Positions 34,575 through 48,300 of a stretch of DNA of 64,000 nt are shown in pieces. The translations under genes and the position numbers were made by a program. The number at the start of each line of letters is the position of its first letter. Within the stretch, counting starts at the first letter, position 1. Source of the stretch: Mobula birostris (Eukaryota); contig NC_092392.1 in assembly GCF_030028105.1 (NCBI RefSeq), positions 6,216,613 to 6,280,612 of the forward strand, read 5' to 3'. The notes beneath the pieces are model-generated. The model saw only the letters and a program-made list of their open reading frames with translations. It had not been told where the DNA came from and ran no database searches.

Positions 34575-37500
34575 GTGAGTTCTTACCCCGTGGTAGTGTA
34601 ACTTTCAAACGCATTCCCTGGTACGGGTTTACAGATCAGGCTAGAAGGAGGCGGATCTAGATGTGGGATTGTAATTATGCCTGAGACCATGTCTAACCTT
34701 GGCCGAGTTAATTTACCTCGGCTCGCTCAGAATGTAGGAAGACAGGGGGAGCAACAGGTGGACTGTAACTGCCCCGATCCCGCGAGTGCGTGAATAAGAG
34801 AGCCTAGGTCAGGGGTTCCCAAGCTGGGGTACACGGACCCCTTGCTTAACGTTGTTGGTCCACGGCATAAACAAGGTTGGGAACCCCTGGCCCAGATCAT
34901 GCAGCGCTCGGACAGTCACAGACTCCACTGTTTGAAGGCAAGAGGTGGGAACAGACATCCGCATAATATGATGATTCTTGAGGAGCGCTTAGAATGCCAG
35001 GCCGAGTTCTGGGGAATAGGATTAGAATAGACAGCCTACACGGACATGGTGTTCCCGTGCTGTTTGACTTCTGATAATCTCTCTCTTATCCAAGTAGCCC
35101 AACCCCACAAGAAGCTTCGGGCGACCCAGCCAAGGCCAGAGCAGTGATCCGAGAGCCAGAGGCGGCCACTGGAGAAGTGGTCTGGCTGCCTCTCATTGTC
35201 CGTGACACAAGAGCTTCGGCAGATGCTGGAAATCCAAGCACCACACACAAAATGCTGGAGGAACTCAGCAGCTCAGGCAGCTTCTATGGAAATGAATAAC
35301 GGTCGACGTTTCGGGCCGAGACCTCGTTGTCCGCGGCCGCCTGTCTAACTGAACGACGGTGGCGCCACGGTGGTTCCCCCTGACATTGCGATCAGCCCAA
35401 GGATCCAGTCCAGACGAAAGGCCTCCACCCGAAACCCCGACTTTCCAGATCCTTCCACCATCACAGATGCTGCCCGACCCACTCAGTTCCTCCAGCATCT
35501 AGTTTGTCTCCCTGCGTTCGGGCCATGGGCAGTCTCTCGTCTAGCGGAATGTCTATTGAAATGAAAGACATCGCCAGATTTATTGGTCCAGAATAACTAA
35601 TTTAAAGAATTTGAATAATGAAATAACGAGGCCAAAGAATCAGAATCAGGTTTAATATCCCTGACATATGTCGAGAATGTGTTGTTTTGCGGCAGCAGTA
35701 CATAAAACCGAACAATGAAATAGAAATATATACAAAATGAGTAAGTAGTGAAGAAAGGGCAAACATGGCGAGGTGGTGTTCACTGGTCAGAAATCTGACG
35801 GCGGCGGGGGAGAAGCTGCCCACAAAGGGTTCAGGCCCCTGTACCTCCTCCCGGACGGTCGTGACCAGCACGTCCCGCGCACGGCGCCAGCTCAGTGGCG
35901 GGTCAAGGCATCGCCTTTTGAAGGTGTCCCGGGCGCTGGGGAAGCTTGTGCTCGCGATGGGGCCATCTGAGTCTGCAGCCCTCCGATCCCGTGGCGTGGC
36001 CCCTCTGTGCATCAAAGAACCTCACGGTGAAACAAAGCAACATTTCGTAACACACACTCACTCCGTCAAAGAGGAAGCTTAACGAGGATATTTGCAACTG
36101 AAGTGTAGAGCTTGGGATTTGAGCGGGCCGATTCTAGATCTTAAATATTAACAGCTGAGGACAGGACTGGCCATGAGAGGGAAATTACTCTTAACAGGCC
36201 AAACAACGGTAGAGGGATGAGAGGCGGTGTTATGGGATTGGGGAGATCACAGTGGGAGGGTGAGATCTTGGTAAAATGGTAGACTCCCATTCTTTATAGT
36301 TCAGAACAGAGCAGGTGCGACTGTGAAATCCTGTTGCTGCTTGGTGTGTTTGCAGAGATCAGGTGCTCCGCATCTCACTCAGAGATGAGGAACAAGCCGG
36401 TCTGGTGATGACCATGGAGGAACAAGACCATCTCCAGGTAAGGCCATCTTCACTTGTGGCTGGGTTAGCAAGTGTCTGGGAACCAGGCGTGAAGCGCCCC
36501 TTGCCCAGTGAGTGGGAGCCCTGTTGTGATCTTTCCACCAGCCGAGCTCGGTCCTTCAGCGCTGTTCCAGCCAGGCTGGCAGTGGCCCAGGTACCAGAAT
36601 CCCCCTTGGTAGAAAACAAAATCACCTGAGACACCTGACATGAGGGATATGGGTGTTACACTCGCCGCCTGATGCTTGGTCGGTCCTGTTGGGATTGGTA
36701 CCGCTGAAACAGCGGAACCCTTTGTATGCTGCTGCCGAATAATCTCATTACATCATAGAACGTAAGAGCAGAATTCGGTCATTCGACCAGTCGAGTCTGC
36801 TCCGCCAGTTCACACATTCAGGATATTTACAAGGACAGGTGTGATAAAAGGGCCCGAAGGGTCATTGGGGACCTGAGTCACCCCAACCACAAGCTGTTCC
36901 AGCTGCTACCATCCAGGAAATGCTACCGCAGCATAAAAACCAGAACAAACAGCTTCTTCCACCAGGCCATCAGGCTGATGAACTCACGCTGACACAACTG
37001 TATTTCAATGTTTTATTGACTGTCCTATTGTACATACTATTTATTATAAATTACTATAAATTGCACATTTAGATGGAGATATAACGTAAATATTTTTACT
37101 CATGTATATGAAGGATATACGTTATAAAGTCAATTCAATTCAATTCATGGCTGATTTATTATTCCTCTGAACCCCATTCTCGTGCCTTCTCACCGTATTC
37201 CCCCGGGATCAATAAGGTATGACTATGGCTATGACTATGTAACCTTTCACATCCTTACTAATCACGGACCTATCAACCTCCCAATCACAGGTTCACCACC
37301 CTCTCGCTAAAGAAATTCTTCCTCATCTCTCTTCTAAAGAGATATCCCTCTTTTCTGAGGCTGCACCCTCTTGTCCTAAACTCCCTCCCCCCCCCCCCCC
37401 CCTCATGACTGTTGAAACATTCATGGATCTGACCAGAAGGATATTTGGCAGTTCATACTGGGAGCTGGTCGATATAGTCATACTTTATCGATCCCGGGGG

Positions 37501-38184
37501 AAATTGGTTTTCGTTACAGTTGCACCATAGATAATTAAATAGTAATAAAACCATAAATAGTTAAATAGTAATATGTAAATTATGCCAGGAAGTCAGTCCG
37601 GGACCAGCCTACTGGCTCAGGGTGTCTGACCCTCCAAGGGAGGAGTCGATATAGCCCACAGTATGGTCATAGTGACATCCCAGGGAATGTAAATTATAAT
37701 GTAAATTCCGTATTTGTTCTTCTTCACCCCCCCCCCCCCCCCAGCTTGACATCTGGCGGAGTCCGGTCAAGACCGATCTCACCATGGATGTCCATGTTCC
37801 TCAAGGGAGCCTTCAGCCCTTCAAGGTGTTCCTGGAACACAATGGCATCAAGTATTCAACAATGATTGAAGACTTGCAGGTACAGCAGTGAGCCAAGCTG
37901 TGAGAAAGAGGGTTTCAAATAGTTTCAGTGGCCTGTGCTAAAGGAGAATCAGAATCGTACTTATTTTCACTGACGAACCTTGAGAAATACCTTGTATCGC
38001 GGCAGCAGTACAGTACAGCAGTACAGTTCAAGACATAAAAAATTACGATGAGTTATGGAAAAAAATGCAAAAGAGGACTAACAAGGTAGTTCTGTTCGTG
38101 GGCTTGGGGACCTTCTAGAAATCTGATGGAGGGGAATAAGCAGTTGCTAAAACTATTAGGAACTATACCATGAGCAACTCCTGA

Positions 38185-38224
<40 letters not shown>

Positions 38225-38413
38225 CACACACACGCAGATCAGGTGTGTGTTTCAGTGCACTGGGAATGTGTGTGTGTGTGAGAGAGAGACACACAGATCA
38301 GGTGTGTGTTTCAGTGCGCTGGGAATGTGTGTGTGTGTGAGAGAGAGAGAGTGTGAGAGAGAGACACACAGATCAGGTGTGTGTTTCAGTGCGCTGGGAA
38401 TGTGTGTGTGTGT

Positions 38414-38444
<31 letters not shown>

Positions 38445-41400
38445 TAGACACACACAGATAGGTATGCATTTCAGTGAGCTGGGAATGTGTGTTTGTGTGT
38501 TGTAGAGAGAGGTAGGTCAGTGTAGGATGGATTCAGGATTAGACTGGGCTTTTGCTAGGATAGAGATGATGCTTTAGAAAAGAACTATTGTTCTGATATT
38601 GAACTTAATTTCTCTTCCCTTCCAACATCATTCAGACAAATATTGTGGGGGCTTTGGTGCCACGGTGTCAGAGTTTGAAAGGCCTGTACAAATCCACATT
38701 TCATCTTTTAGGTGATGATCGACAGTGAGAAAATTGAAGCGGAGCAGTCAACCCTGATGGAACTCACCTCTTCCACCTTCAGCTACGGCCAATACCACAC
38801 TCTGGAGGAGGTGTGTACACACTCGGGAAATTGCTTCACATTTGTCTGCTGAAGAATAGCGACACTGCAATGGGGGAAGGGGATGCCAGGGGAGGGCTAC
38901 ACTGGTAGATAGAGTACTGGCACCAGGTTGCTTCTGGCGCCTTTGGTCAGTATGTGACGTTACTGTAGATCCAAACTCCAGGGTCACAGAGCTGTACAAC
39001 AGGGCTAAACTCCAGGGTCATAGAACTGTACAACAGGGCTAAACTCCAGGGTCATAGAGCTGAACAACAGGGTTAAACTCCAGGGTCATAGAACTGTACA
39101 ACAGGGGAATAGTCCAACTTGTCCACGCCAAACCAGGTGCCTCATTGAATTAGTCCCATGTGCCCATGTTTGGCCAATGTCTCTAAATCTTTCGGTCCAA
39201 AGCAGGTGGAACAAGAGTATTATATAACTGGTAAAAGTAATTGGTGTGTAAGATCCACTCTCGTGATCAGCGTTAAGAGTTCAATTCCCATCATTATCTG
39301 CAAGGAGTTTGTACATTCTCCCATGTCCATGTGTGTTTCCTCTGGTTGCTCCAGTTTCTTCCCACATTCCAAAGACCCACGGTTAGGGTTAGTAACTTAT
39401 CGACATGTTATGTTGGCGCCAGAAACATGGTGACACCTGTGGGCTGCCCCAAGTATATCCTTGGACTGTGAGGATCATTGACACAAAACAATGCGTTCCA
39501 CAGGTTGTTTCAATGTAAATGCAATCAGTAAAACTTATTTTTCTGCGTTCTGTTGGGTATCTAGAGCAAAATTCGACACCACTGTCAACTTACCTATTCG
39601 AATTGCCAGCCTCTGGTTAGATTGATTAGTATATCCTCACCCAGAAAACATTTAGAAAAGATTCAAAGCGCATTTATTATCAAAGAATGTGTAAATTATG
39701 GCCCTTGAGATCTGCCTGCTTACAGGCAGCCACAAAGCAAGAAATTCAAATAACCCAATTTTTAAAAAATCCACTGCGCAGAGAAAGAGGGAGGTGAAAA
39801 ACACATTGTGCGAACAATGGAAGGAAGCCCACAGCATCGCGAGCCAGACGAGTCCCAGCTTTGCCCTGGGCACCCAGAGTGGGTCCAGGCCAAGCTCCGG
39901 TCCCCAGTTTTCACACCAGTGGCGTAGAAACGCGCAGTAGCTGGCTCCGTTCACAGCCGCAGTGAAGGAATGAACAGAAGAGCGAGCAAAATCAGCCTAA
40001 CCCTTGCCTCCGTACCCGACACTCGGGGCTTCGAGTCTATCTGGGCCGACGTTGAAATTGTCCAAGCACCAAGAAGTTCCACGTTCTAGAGCTGTGATCC
40101 TGGTGCCCCAATACGCCTGGGCCACCCCGCCCGAAGCTGTCTCAATCACACCACATGGCTCAGCACTTCCATCGATCCAACCTTGTGCCCGGGTTCGGTG
40201 GACAGGCATGAAAACTCTTCTGTGTTGACTGCTCTCCAAGTCACTCACTCCATCTCCAGTAGCAATACCAACACCGTTCGAACTCATTGGCCTCGCAATG
40301 CCCTCGAACCAGCCTCGCCTCCTTTCAGTCTGTGGTGATAGTGCACCACAATTTGCTTCATGAAAGATGTTATAAGTTGTGTTTTTAGTTGATTCTCTTG
40401 CCTTATGGTTTACTAGTATGCTGTCACACATCTTCAGTAGCCAAGAGTACTGCCGCAGACCACTGCTTAATGCATTGTATTTAGTCGTGGACTGAATATG
40501 TGTTAGTGTCTGAAATCCAACATCACCCCTCCCCAAGGCAACAGAAGCTGTGATTCCAGGTCAAGTTTTTCTCTCCTGTTAGTTTCTTTCCCGTTCCTCC
40601 AATAATCCAAAAGCATTCTCTGGTGCACGTTCCTCTTCCCACACTCATGTCTGGCTGATCCACACACCAACATATTCCATCCCAGGTCTTCGCCTTTTCA
40701 ACTGATCACCCAGCCTCAGGCCCCTGTTTGATCTCATTCACAGAAAGCACCAACCCTAACCTGGTCCGGCTGTCCCGCTCAGCTAGGGGAGGGGATCTGG
40801 GGAGGCTAGCAGCCTCCCCATTGATGACCTTTCATATAGTGGTTCTTGTTTCAACTACCTTCATGTGATTTTTTTAAAAAAAGGCCCTCCCAGAGAATGT
40901 TTTGGCACCAAGGAAAGAAAAATTTTCCTACATTCCATCTCCACGGTGGAGGTCAGCCCATCTCCTGGCAGATGAACACAGGATTGGGTGGTCTTCTCGC
41001 TGGGACTCGCGGGGGATCATTCCTGCTTTCCTCTCCATAAACCAGCTTCAGTTATTGATCATTATTGGTTTATTATTATTATGCTGTGAAAAGCTTTTGT
41101 TTGCGTGACATCCAGGCAGATCAGGCCTCCAACGAGGCAGAAGAAAGACAGACAGAATGCAGAGTATAGGGTCACAGTTACAGAGAAAGTGCTGAGCGGG
41201 TTGACAAATAAAGTGTCAGGGGTCATGACAAGGCAGACTGGGGAGATCAGGAGTTCCTTTGTTAATGTTTGGGAGGGCCATTGAGGAATCTGACAAGAGC
41301 GGGGTAGACGCTGCTTTCAAACTTTTGTATTGTCTCCCCAATGGAAGAGTGAGGCAAGACAATGACTAGGATGGGAGGGGACGAGACTAGGGTGGCCATT

Positions 41401-42282
41401 TTCCTGAGGCAGTGGGAAGTGTAGGCAAGTCAGTGGAAGGGAGGCTGGTTTTTGTGATGGACTAGACTCTGTAATTTCTTGCAGGCATGAGCAGATCGGT
41501 TTCCATACTGAGATGCGATGCGTCCGATTAGGAAGTTTTCATTGGCTCACTGTAAAGACGTATAGCCCATTTCCAGCCTCCATTCTAATCCTGGATAGTC
41601 AGCCTTCTGTTCAGACCCCACCCAATTTATCTCCTCCGTGTGACAGAGTCCTGAATTACCCCTATGAACTATGCTCTTGGAAAAGAGAGAGAGGTGCCCA
41701 ACACAGACACCTTGTTAAAAAGAGAGAGAAAGAAAGAGTGAGAGGCGAAGACTGCTCACAGCATGTTTACACTTTCTACAAGGACACTAGCCGCTTCCAA
41801 GTTCTTACAGAGAGAGAGAGAAAGGAGAAGCTGTTTGATGGACAGCTAGTATTCAGCACAGTGAGATGAATAGAAGGTCAGATGATAGACCTGGAGGCAC
41901 ATGGTTTTGGACACTGAATAAGCTTGGTTGTGCCTACAGAAAAAGTGGGTTTTGGAGGATCGATCAGTGGCTCTTGCACTGTGAAAAGGGAGTGACTGGT
42001 GGGGAGTTATTTGTGTGGCCAACCCTCACCTGGGTTGATAATTCCACCACAGAAGAACGGTCCCCTTTGTTGTGGTCACAGTCAGTGACTTCTAAGGGAT
42101 TTCAGAGGACAACGGGAAGATCGATGGCGTCAGCTCACCTGAAGACTCAAATCTCTCCCTCTCTCTCTCTCCATCACTACTCAACTCAATACCATGAACT
42201 GAACTGAACTTTACTCATCATCGTAAGACTATCTATTTACCCCTAGAGTTGAAGAAGCTTGGTTTTCATATATTTCCACACT

Positions 42283-42321
<39 letters not shown>

Positions 42322-45300
42322 CATTGCTAACCTGTCTGATATATCTGCATTTATATTACTGTATTGCATAGTTACTAATAAGTACCATTAGTTAGTAGCA
42401 ATACCGGACTTCAAAGTGTTTTCCATCTCTTTAACCCGTCACGGGGTACGTGATATCCACTCTGTTGCCCTCCCCAGGCTCAATGCCTCATGGACAACCT
42501 GGTTTCAAGACTTAAGATGTATTTTCCTTTGTGGTTAATTTTTAATCTGTCTCTCACCTTTGTTGCAGATTTATTACTGGATGGACAGTATGGTTCTGGA
42601 GTTTCCCGAGTTGGTTCAGAAGCTGCAGATTGGGACGTCGTTCGAAGGCCGCCCACTCTACGTGCTGAAGGTATGGGGAAGGCTGACAGCGAGGTGGTGT
42701 GACCAAACACACTTTATCAATAGACCCAGAGGGTCAATGCCATTCCAGATCACCTCCCCATTGATGACCTTTTATATAGTGGTTCTTGTTTCAACTACCT
42801 TCATGTGATTTTAAAAAAAGGTCCTCTCAGAAAATGTCTTGGCACCAAGGAAAGAAAATTTTCCTACATTCCATCTCCCCGATGGAGGTCGCCCCATCTC
42901 CTGGCAAATGAACACAGGATTGGGTGGTCTCCTCGCTGGGACTCGCAGGGGGTCATTCATGCTTTCCTCAGCTGTACCAACTCCCCATCGTCATGTCTGA
43001 AATATCCTCTCGGACCGCTGTTCTCGTTGTAACCACCTCTCCTCTTGGGCAGTTCAGCACCGGAGGGAACCAGCGCCCTGCCATCTGGATCGACAGTGGA
43101 ATCCACGCCCGCGAGTGGGTGTCCCCCGCCAGCGCCATTTGGATGGCGAAGAAGGTAACGGATGGTTCATTGGGAGCGTGCGTGGCGGTGGGGCCAGACG
43201 CATGCGTGACAAGTAACAGACAGTTCATTGGGAGTGTGCGTGGCGGTGGGGCCAGACGCATGTGTGACAAGTAACGGACAGTTCATTGGGAGCGTGCAAG
43301 GCGGTGGGGCCAGACGCGTGTGTGACAAGTAACGGACACTCATTGGGAGCGTATGAGGCAGTGGGGCCAGACGTGTGTGTGACAAGTAACAGACAGTTCA
43401 TTGGGAGTGTGCAAGGCAGTGGGGCTAAACGTGCACATGACAAGTAACGGACAGTTCATTGGGAGCGTGCGAGGCGGTGGGGCCAGACGCACGCGTGACA
43501 AGTAACGGACACTCATTGGGAGCATGAGTGGTGGTGGGATCAGATGTACATGTGACAAGTAAAGCGAATTTTTACCTTTCCTGCTGGTGTCTTGTTCAGT
43601 CTCACTGCTTGCCGAGTATTGTTCGCTGAGCCTCTCTACCTGTTTTCCTTACTTTGTCCGTGTCTCTCTTCTGCTGTTGTGTTCCCCAGGGATTTCCCCA
43701 GGGGTTTAATGGTGCCACAATACCAACCTGTATATGCCAGGAATATCCCTGCCCCTCTGGAGCATCAGGTCTGCTAGTGTTAGTCCGACTTTAACCCAGG
43801 ACCAGACACCACATGTCTTCTCTTTCTCTGACAGATCTCTAGTGACTACGGCCAGGATCCCTTCATCACCTCACTGTTACAGAAGATGGACATCTTCATG
43901 GAGATAGTGGTGAACCCTGATGGCTATGTATACACATACACCACGGTCAGTAACACAGGCTTCCTGCTTGATCATTTAGCCTTGTTGTAAGTTACCCCTG
44001 GAGCAGGCAGTATGGTTATCCATCGCAGGCACTGACCGCCACACCCCCACCTCCATCGCTTTTCACCTTATTGTCAGCACGGAGGGCTGATCAAACGGGT
44101 AAGGGTTCAGGAAGTCCAACTGCCTGGTGATTTATCACATTTTAACCCAACCTCAGAAAATGAGCAGAGAGCAGCTGCCGCAAATTCTCTCACTCATTCA
44201 CCAGTGAATGTGGCCAGGAGTCCTCCGTCTTGTGAACGTTATCTGCTGTCTTTATAGTTCCGGAGAAGCTGCTGTTACTCTTGTGAAATGATTTGGAATA
44301 TTCAGAGCCTGTAAAAGCTATGAAAACTGGTGTCTCTTTCTCTTATCTCTGCTCTGCCCAGGCATTTTCATGAACCTCACCATTCTTGAAATTTTGTTTG
44401 GTTGCCATTAAGATTCAAGGTTGTTTAATGTTATTTCCTGTGCACGTGTAAAGGAGGGCAAAATAGTTGTTACTCAGAACTGATGCAGCACAAAGAAAAC
44501 ACACGAAAGATAAAGAACTCAATAATAATACAAAAGCACACAATAAATATGAATACATGTGTTAGCTTATATACACAGATTGATCGTATGCCCATAAAGT
44601 GTCGCTAGGCTGTCTATCAGGTGACTGACAGGAAATAATAACCTAGTGGTGGAGGTGTTGATCAGTCTTACTGCTTGGGGAAAGTAACTGTTTTTGAGTC
44701 TGGGGGTCCTGGTGTGGATGCTACGTAGACCCCTCCCTGATGAAGTGGGACAAATAGAACAGGTATGGGATCCTTCATGATGTTACTGGCTCTTTTCAAG
44801 ATGGCCTCATGACAAGGCCATAATACGGTGCCCTGTGGCTCTGGATGCCGTGAGATTCATTATGAAACAGAAAATGTTGGAGACACTCAGTAGGTCAGAC
44901 ACGTTTGTGGAAGGGGAAGCAGATTTAGTTCAAAGCCCTCTCCACTGCCACAGACGCATCCCTCTCACTCATTTTTCACCTGAAGCATTAATCCCATTTC
45001 TCCCTGACCCGAACATTCCCAGTTCTTTTCTTTTCATTGAACTGACCCAATCTGAATTGAAAAGAATTTTGTAATATTGAGCAAAAAAACCTGTTGGAGG
45101 AGCTGAACAGATCAGGCAGCATCTGTGGAGGGAAATGGACTGTTTCATGTCAAGACCTTCATCTGGATCAAATTTCCCTCCAGATTCCGGCATCTGCTGT
45201 GTTATGTCTCTGTAATACTTGGACTTTACTGGGGCACTTTAGATCCAGTATTGTGTAAGAAGAAAGGGTTAATTGATGACTATGGGGCAATTAGGGAACA

Positions 45301-48300
45301 GTGATCACAATATCAATATCATATACAAATTCAAAGTGAATTAATTCTATTGAAAACACAAGAGATTCTGCAGATGCTAGAAATCCAGAGCAACACACAA
45401 AATGCTGGAGGAACTCAGCAGGTCGGGCAGCATCGATGGCAATGTTTAAACAGTCAATGTTTTAATCCAAAACCCTTCATCAGGACTAGAAAGGGGGGAG
45501 AAGCCAGAATAAAAAGGTGGGGGGAGAGGAAAGAGCCTAGCTGGAAGATAATAGGTGAAGCCAGGTGGGGGGGGGGGGGGGGGAGGTCAAGGGCTGGAAA
45601 GGAGAGGAGAGTGAACAATAGGAGAAAGGGACCCAGGGGGAGGTGATAGGCAAGTGAGAAGAAGTCAGAGTGTGGTATGGAGGAAGGGGGAGGGCAAATT
45701 TTTTCACCGGAAGGAAAAATCGATAATTCCATTGAAAACCAAGGTGCTAAATACATAGAAAAAAAACTACTGAGGGACGAGGTGTGAAGTGAGTCTGACA
45801 GAATGGAAAATTACATTAAAGGTCATGACAGTGTACTGGCAATGAGTAATGTTTAAAGATTTCATACATCATTGACAAGTAGTCATACTGATTGAAAACA
45901 AAACTAAAATCCACTTAAGCCATCTTGATAAACGAGGAAGATTCATTAGATCAAAGGAAAAGGCTGTAAAATCATAAAAACATGTAGCTAGAGAATTAGG
46001 GAAATGGGTACTAGAGCGTCCCTGCGGATGACAACATCCTTGTGAGGTCAAAAGACAAACACTGTGGTTTCCTGATGACTGGGTATTGGTATTCTTTGAG
46101 CTGAGAATAGAATTTACAACATTGCTGTCTATTTACTGATGGGATGAGTATCTTGTGTTCTTTCTAGAACCGAATGTGGCGCAAGACTAGGTCCGTAATT
46201 CCTGGAAGTAGATGTGTTGGGGTTGATGCCAACAGGAACTTCGATGCTGGCTTTGGAGGTTTGTGAGCTGATTTTTTAAAATTCCTTGGCTCCTCAACAG
46301 CCTTATTCTACAAGTTAAAGTCTACGTTTGTGACTTAAAGGATGTGCTTTTCAGTAGAGCTGATGCTTTTGCAGTGTGTTTTGAGGAAAGTTCGAAGTGC
46401 CTTAAAATAAGAACAAGGCTGGACAAGATCAGTATTATCTGGAGAGCCATTGGGCCACTGTAGCCATCACTATTGTGTTTAATCGTGTCTTAATCCAACA
46501 GTGAGAGTTGTAGTTGTGGAAGTATGAATGGACCTTACACAGGGTCTGGTGGTTTGGCTGAAAAGGTGGCAGAAGAAATGTAATGCTGAGAATTATGAGG
46601 AACTTCATCGTAACGAACAGAGTGAATGGTTGAATAGAGATACAGAACCATACAAAGTTTGGAATATATATGCATAGTTCATTGAAAGTGATGTTGCAGC
46701 TTGAGAAATTGGGTTTATAAGTATGTAAGATCCTAGTCTTTAAAAACAAAGGCACAAAGCCCAATAGAAATTAAATCATAGTGAACCATTAGAAAGCACA
46801 GGTTCAATTCAGTGCTAGGTGCTACACTCAAGGAAAGATGTGAAGTCTTTGGAGAGGATGCAGAAAGGATTTGTCAGAATGAATTTGTCTCAGGTTCAGG
46901 CACTTCAGTTGTACACTGCAGAAGCTCTTTAGATCTTCAGGACCATACGATGTTGTGAGGAGATTTGACAGAAACCACAAACTGTATAGACATAACAGAT
47001 AGAGTTTAACTATTGCATTGGCAGCAGGATCAAGCACCAGAAGACATAGAATAAAGGTGATTTGTGAAGAAACAATAGTGACTATTTTACAGTAATGGTT
47101 AAGGGTACACATTGCCAGGGCAGCAGTGGGGGCAGATTCTGTTGTAAGTTCAAGTTTAATTGTCATTCAACCATACACATGAATACAGTCAAACAAAACA
47201 GTGTTCCTCTGGGGCCGAGGTGTAAAACACAGTACCAACAGTCACACATGCCGCACATATAATTATGATAGGTGAAAAACACAGTTACAGAACAAATAAT
47301 AACCTAGCTCAGGTCCCTGTGTGTCATGGCCTGTAGTTTGATGGTGCGTGGATGTTGTCTTGGAGCCACGTTTCTGCAGAACAATCCCATAGCAGTTTCT
47401 CATTTCACACAAGTGCAGCTGCAGGTGAACTACAATCCAGCTAGTGTCAAAAGAGTTGAATCTTAATGGAAGTAACATGAATGGCTATGGGAAGTGGCCA
47501 AGAGAGTGTGACCAGCTGGATTGTTTTGTAGATCTGATTTTGTAGAATTCTTGTTTATTTATTTAGTGATACACCGCAGAGTTGACCCTTCCAGCTCTTC
47601 AAGCCACACACTGCCTCAGCAGCCCCGATTAACCCTAACCTAATCTCAGGACACTTTAGAATGATCAATTAACTTACCTGGTATGTTTTTGAACTGTGGG
47701 AGGAAACAGGAGCACCCAGGGGAACCCATACACCCCACGGGGCGAATGTATAGAGACCCAAGTTGTAATAGCATTGTGATAAAGGAAATTCAACAGTCTT
47801 AATACCCTCTTTCTTGCTGTAACCATTCGATAATTCTGTAATATGAGGGAAATCTCAGCTAGACTGACTTGGAATTGATTTCAGAAAGCAAGGCTAGTTA
47901 GAGATGGGTGTTAAATCTGTTGGCCCACACCCCATGAACGTGTAATAGAATTCAAACAGTGAATTACATTGAATGCAGCTGACTAACCGGACAAGAAATT
48001 CCAGGTTCACACAAATGGATGGTGGACATCATCACCTGTGATGGCACTCTCAGGAGAGGAGGAGGTAAGTAAGACTGCCAGCCATGTGCTTGTGTATTTG
48101 TGTAAGGATTGATTGTGCCTGTGGTTCTGGTGACAGGTCCTGGAACCAGCAGCAATCCGTGCAGGGAAACATACCGAGGACCATATGCCAACTCTGAAGC
48201 TGAGGTCGCAGCCATTGTGAACTTTGTGCAGAGCCACAGAAACATCAAGAGCTTCATCACCATTCACAGTTACTCTCAGCTCCTCATGGTCCCCTTTGGG

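Larger units (their letters stand above)
40813..42969. repeat. Pair of about 220-bp direct repeats (40813-41033 and 42753-42969) flanking CPA2 exon 5
   Basis: cctccccattgatgaccttt...ggcaccaaggaaagaaaattttcctacattccatctcc...tgctttcctc in both copies. Confidence 0.9.
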
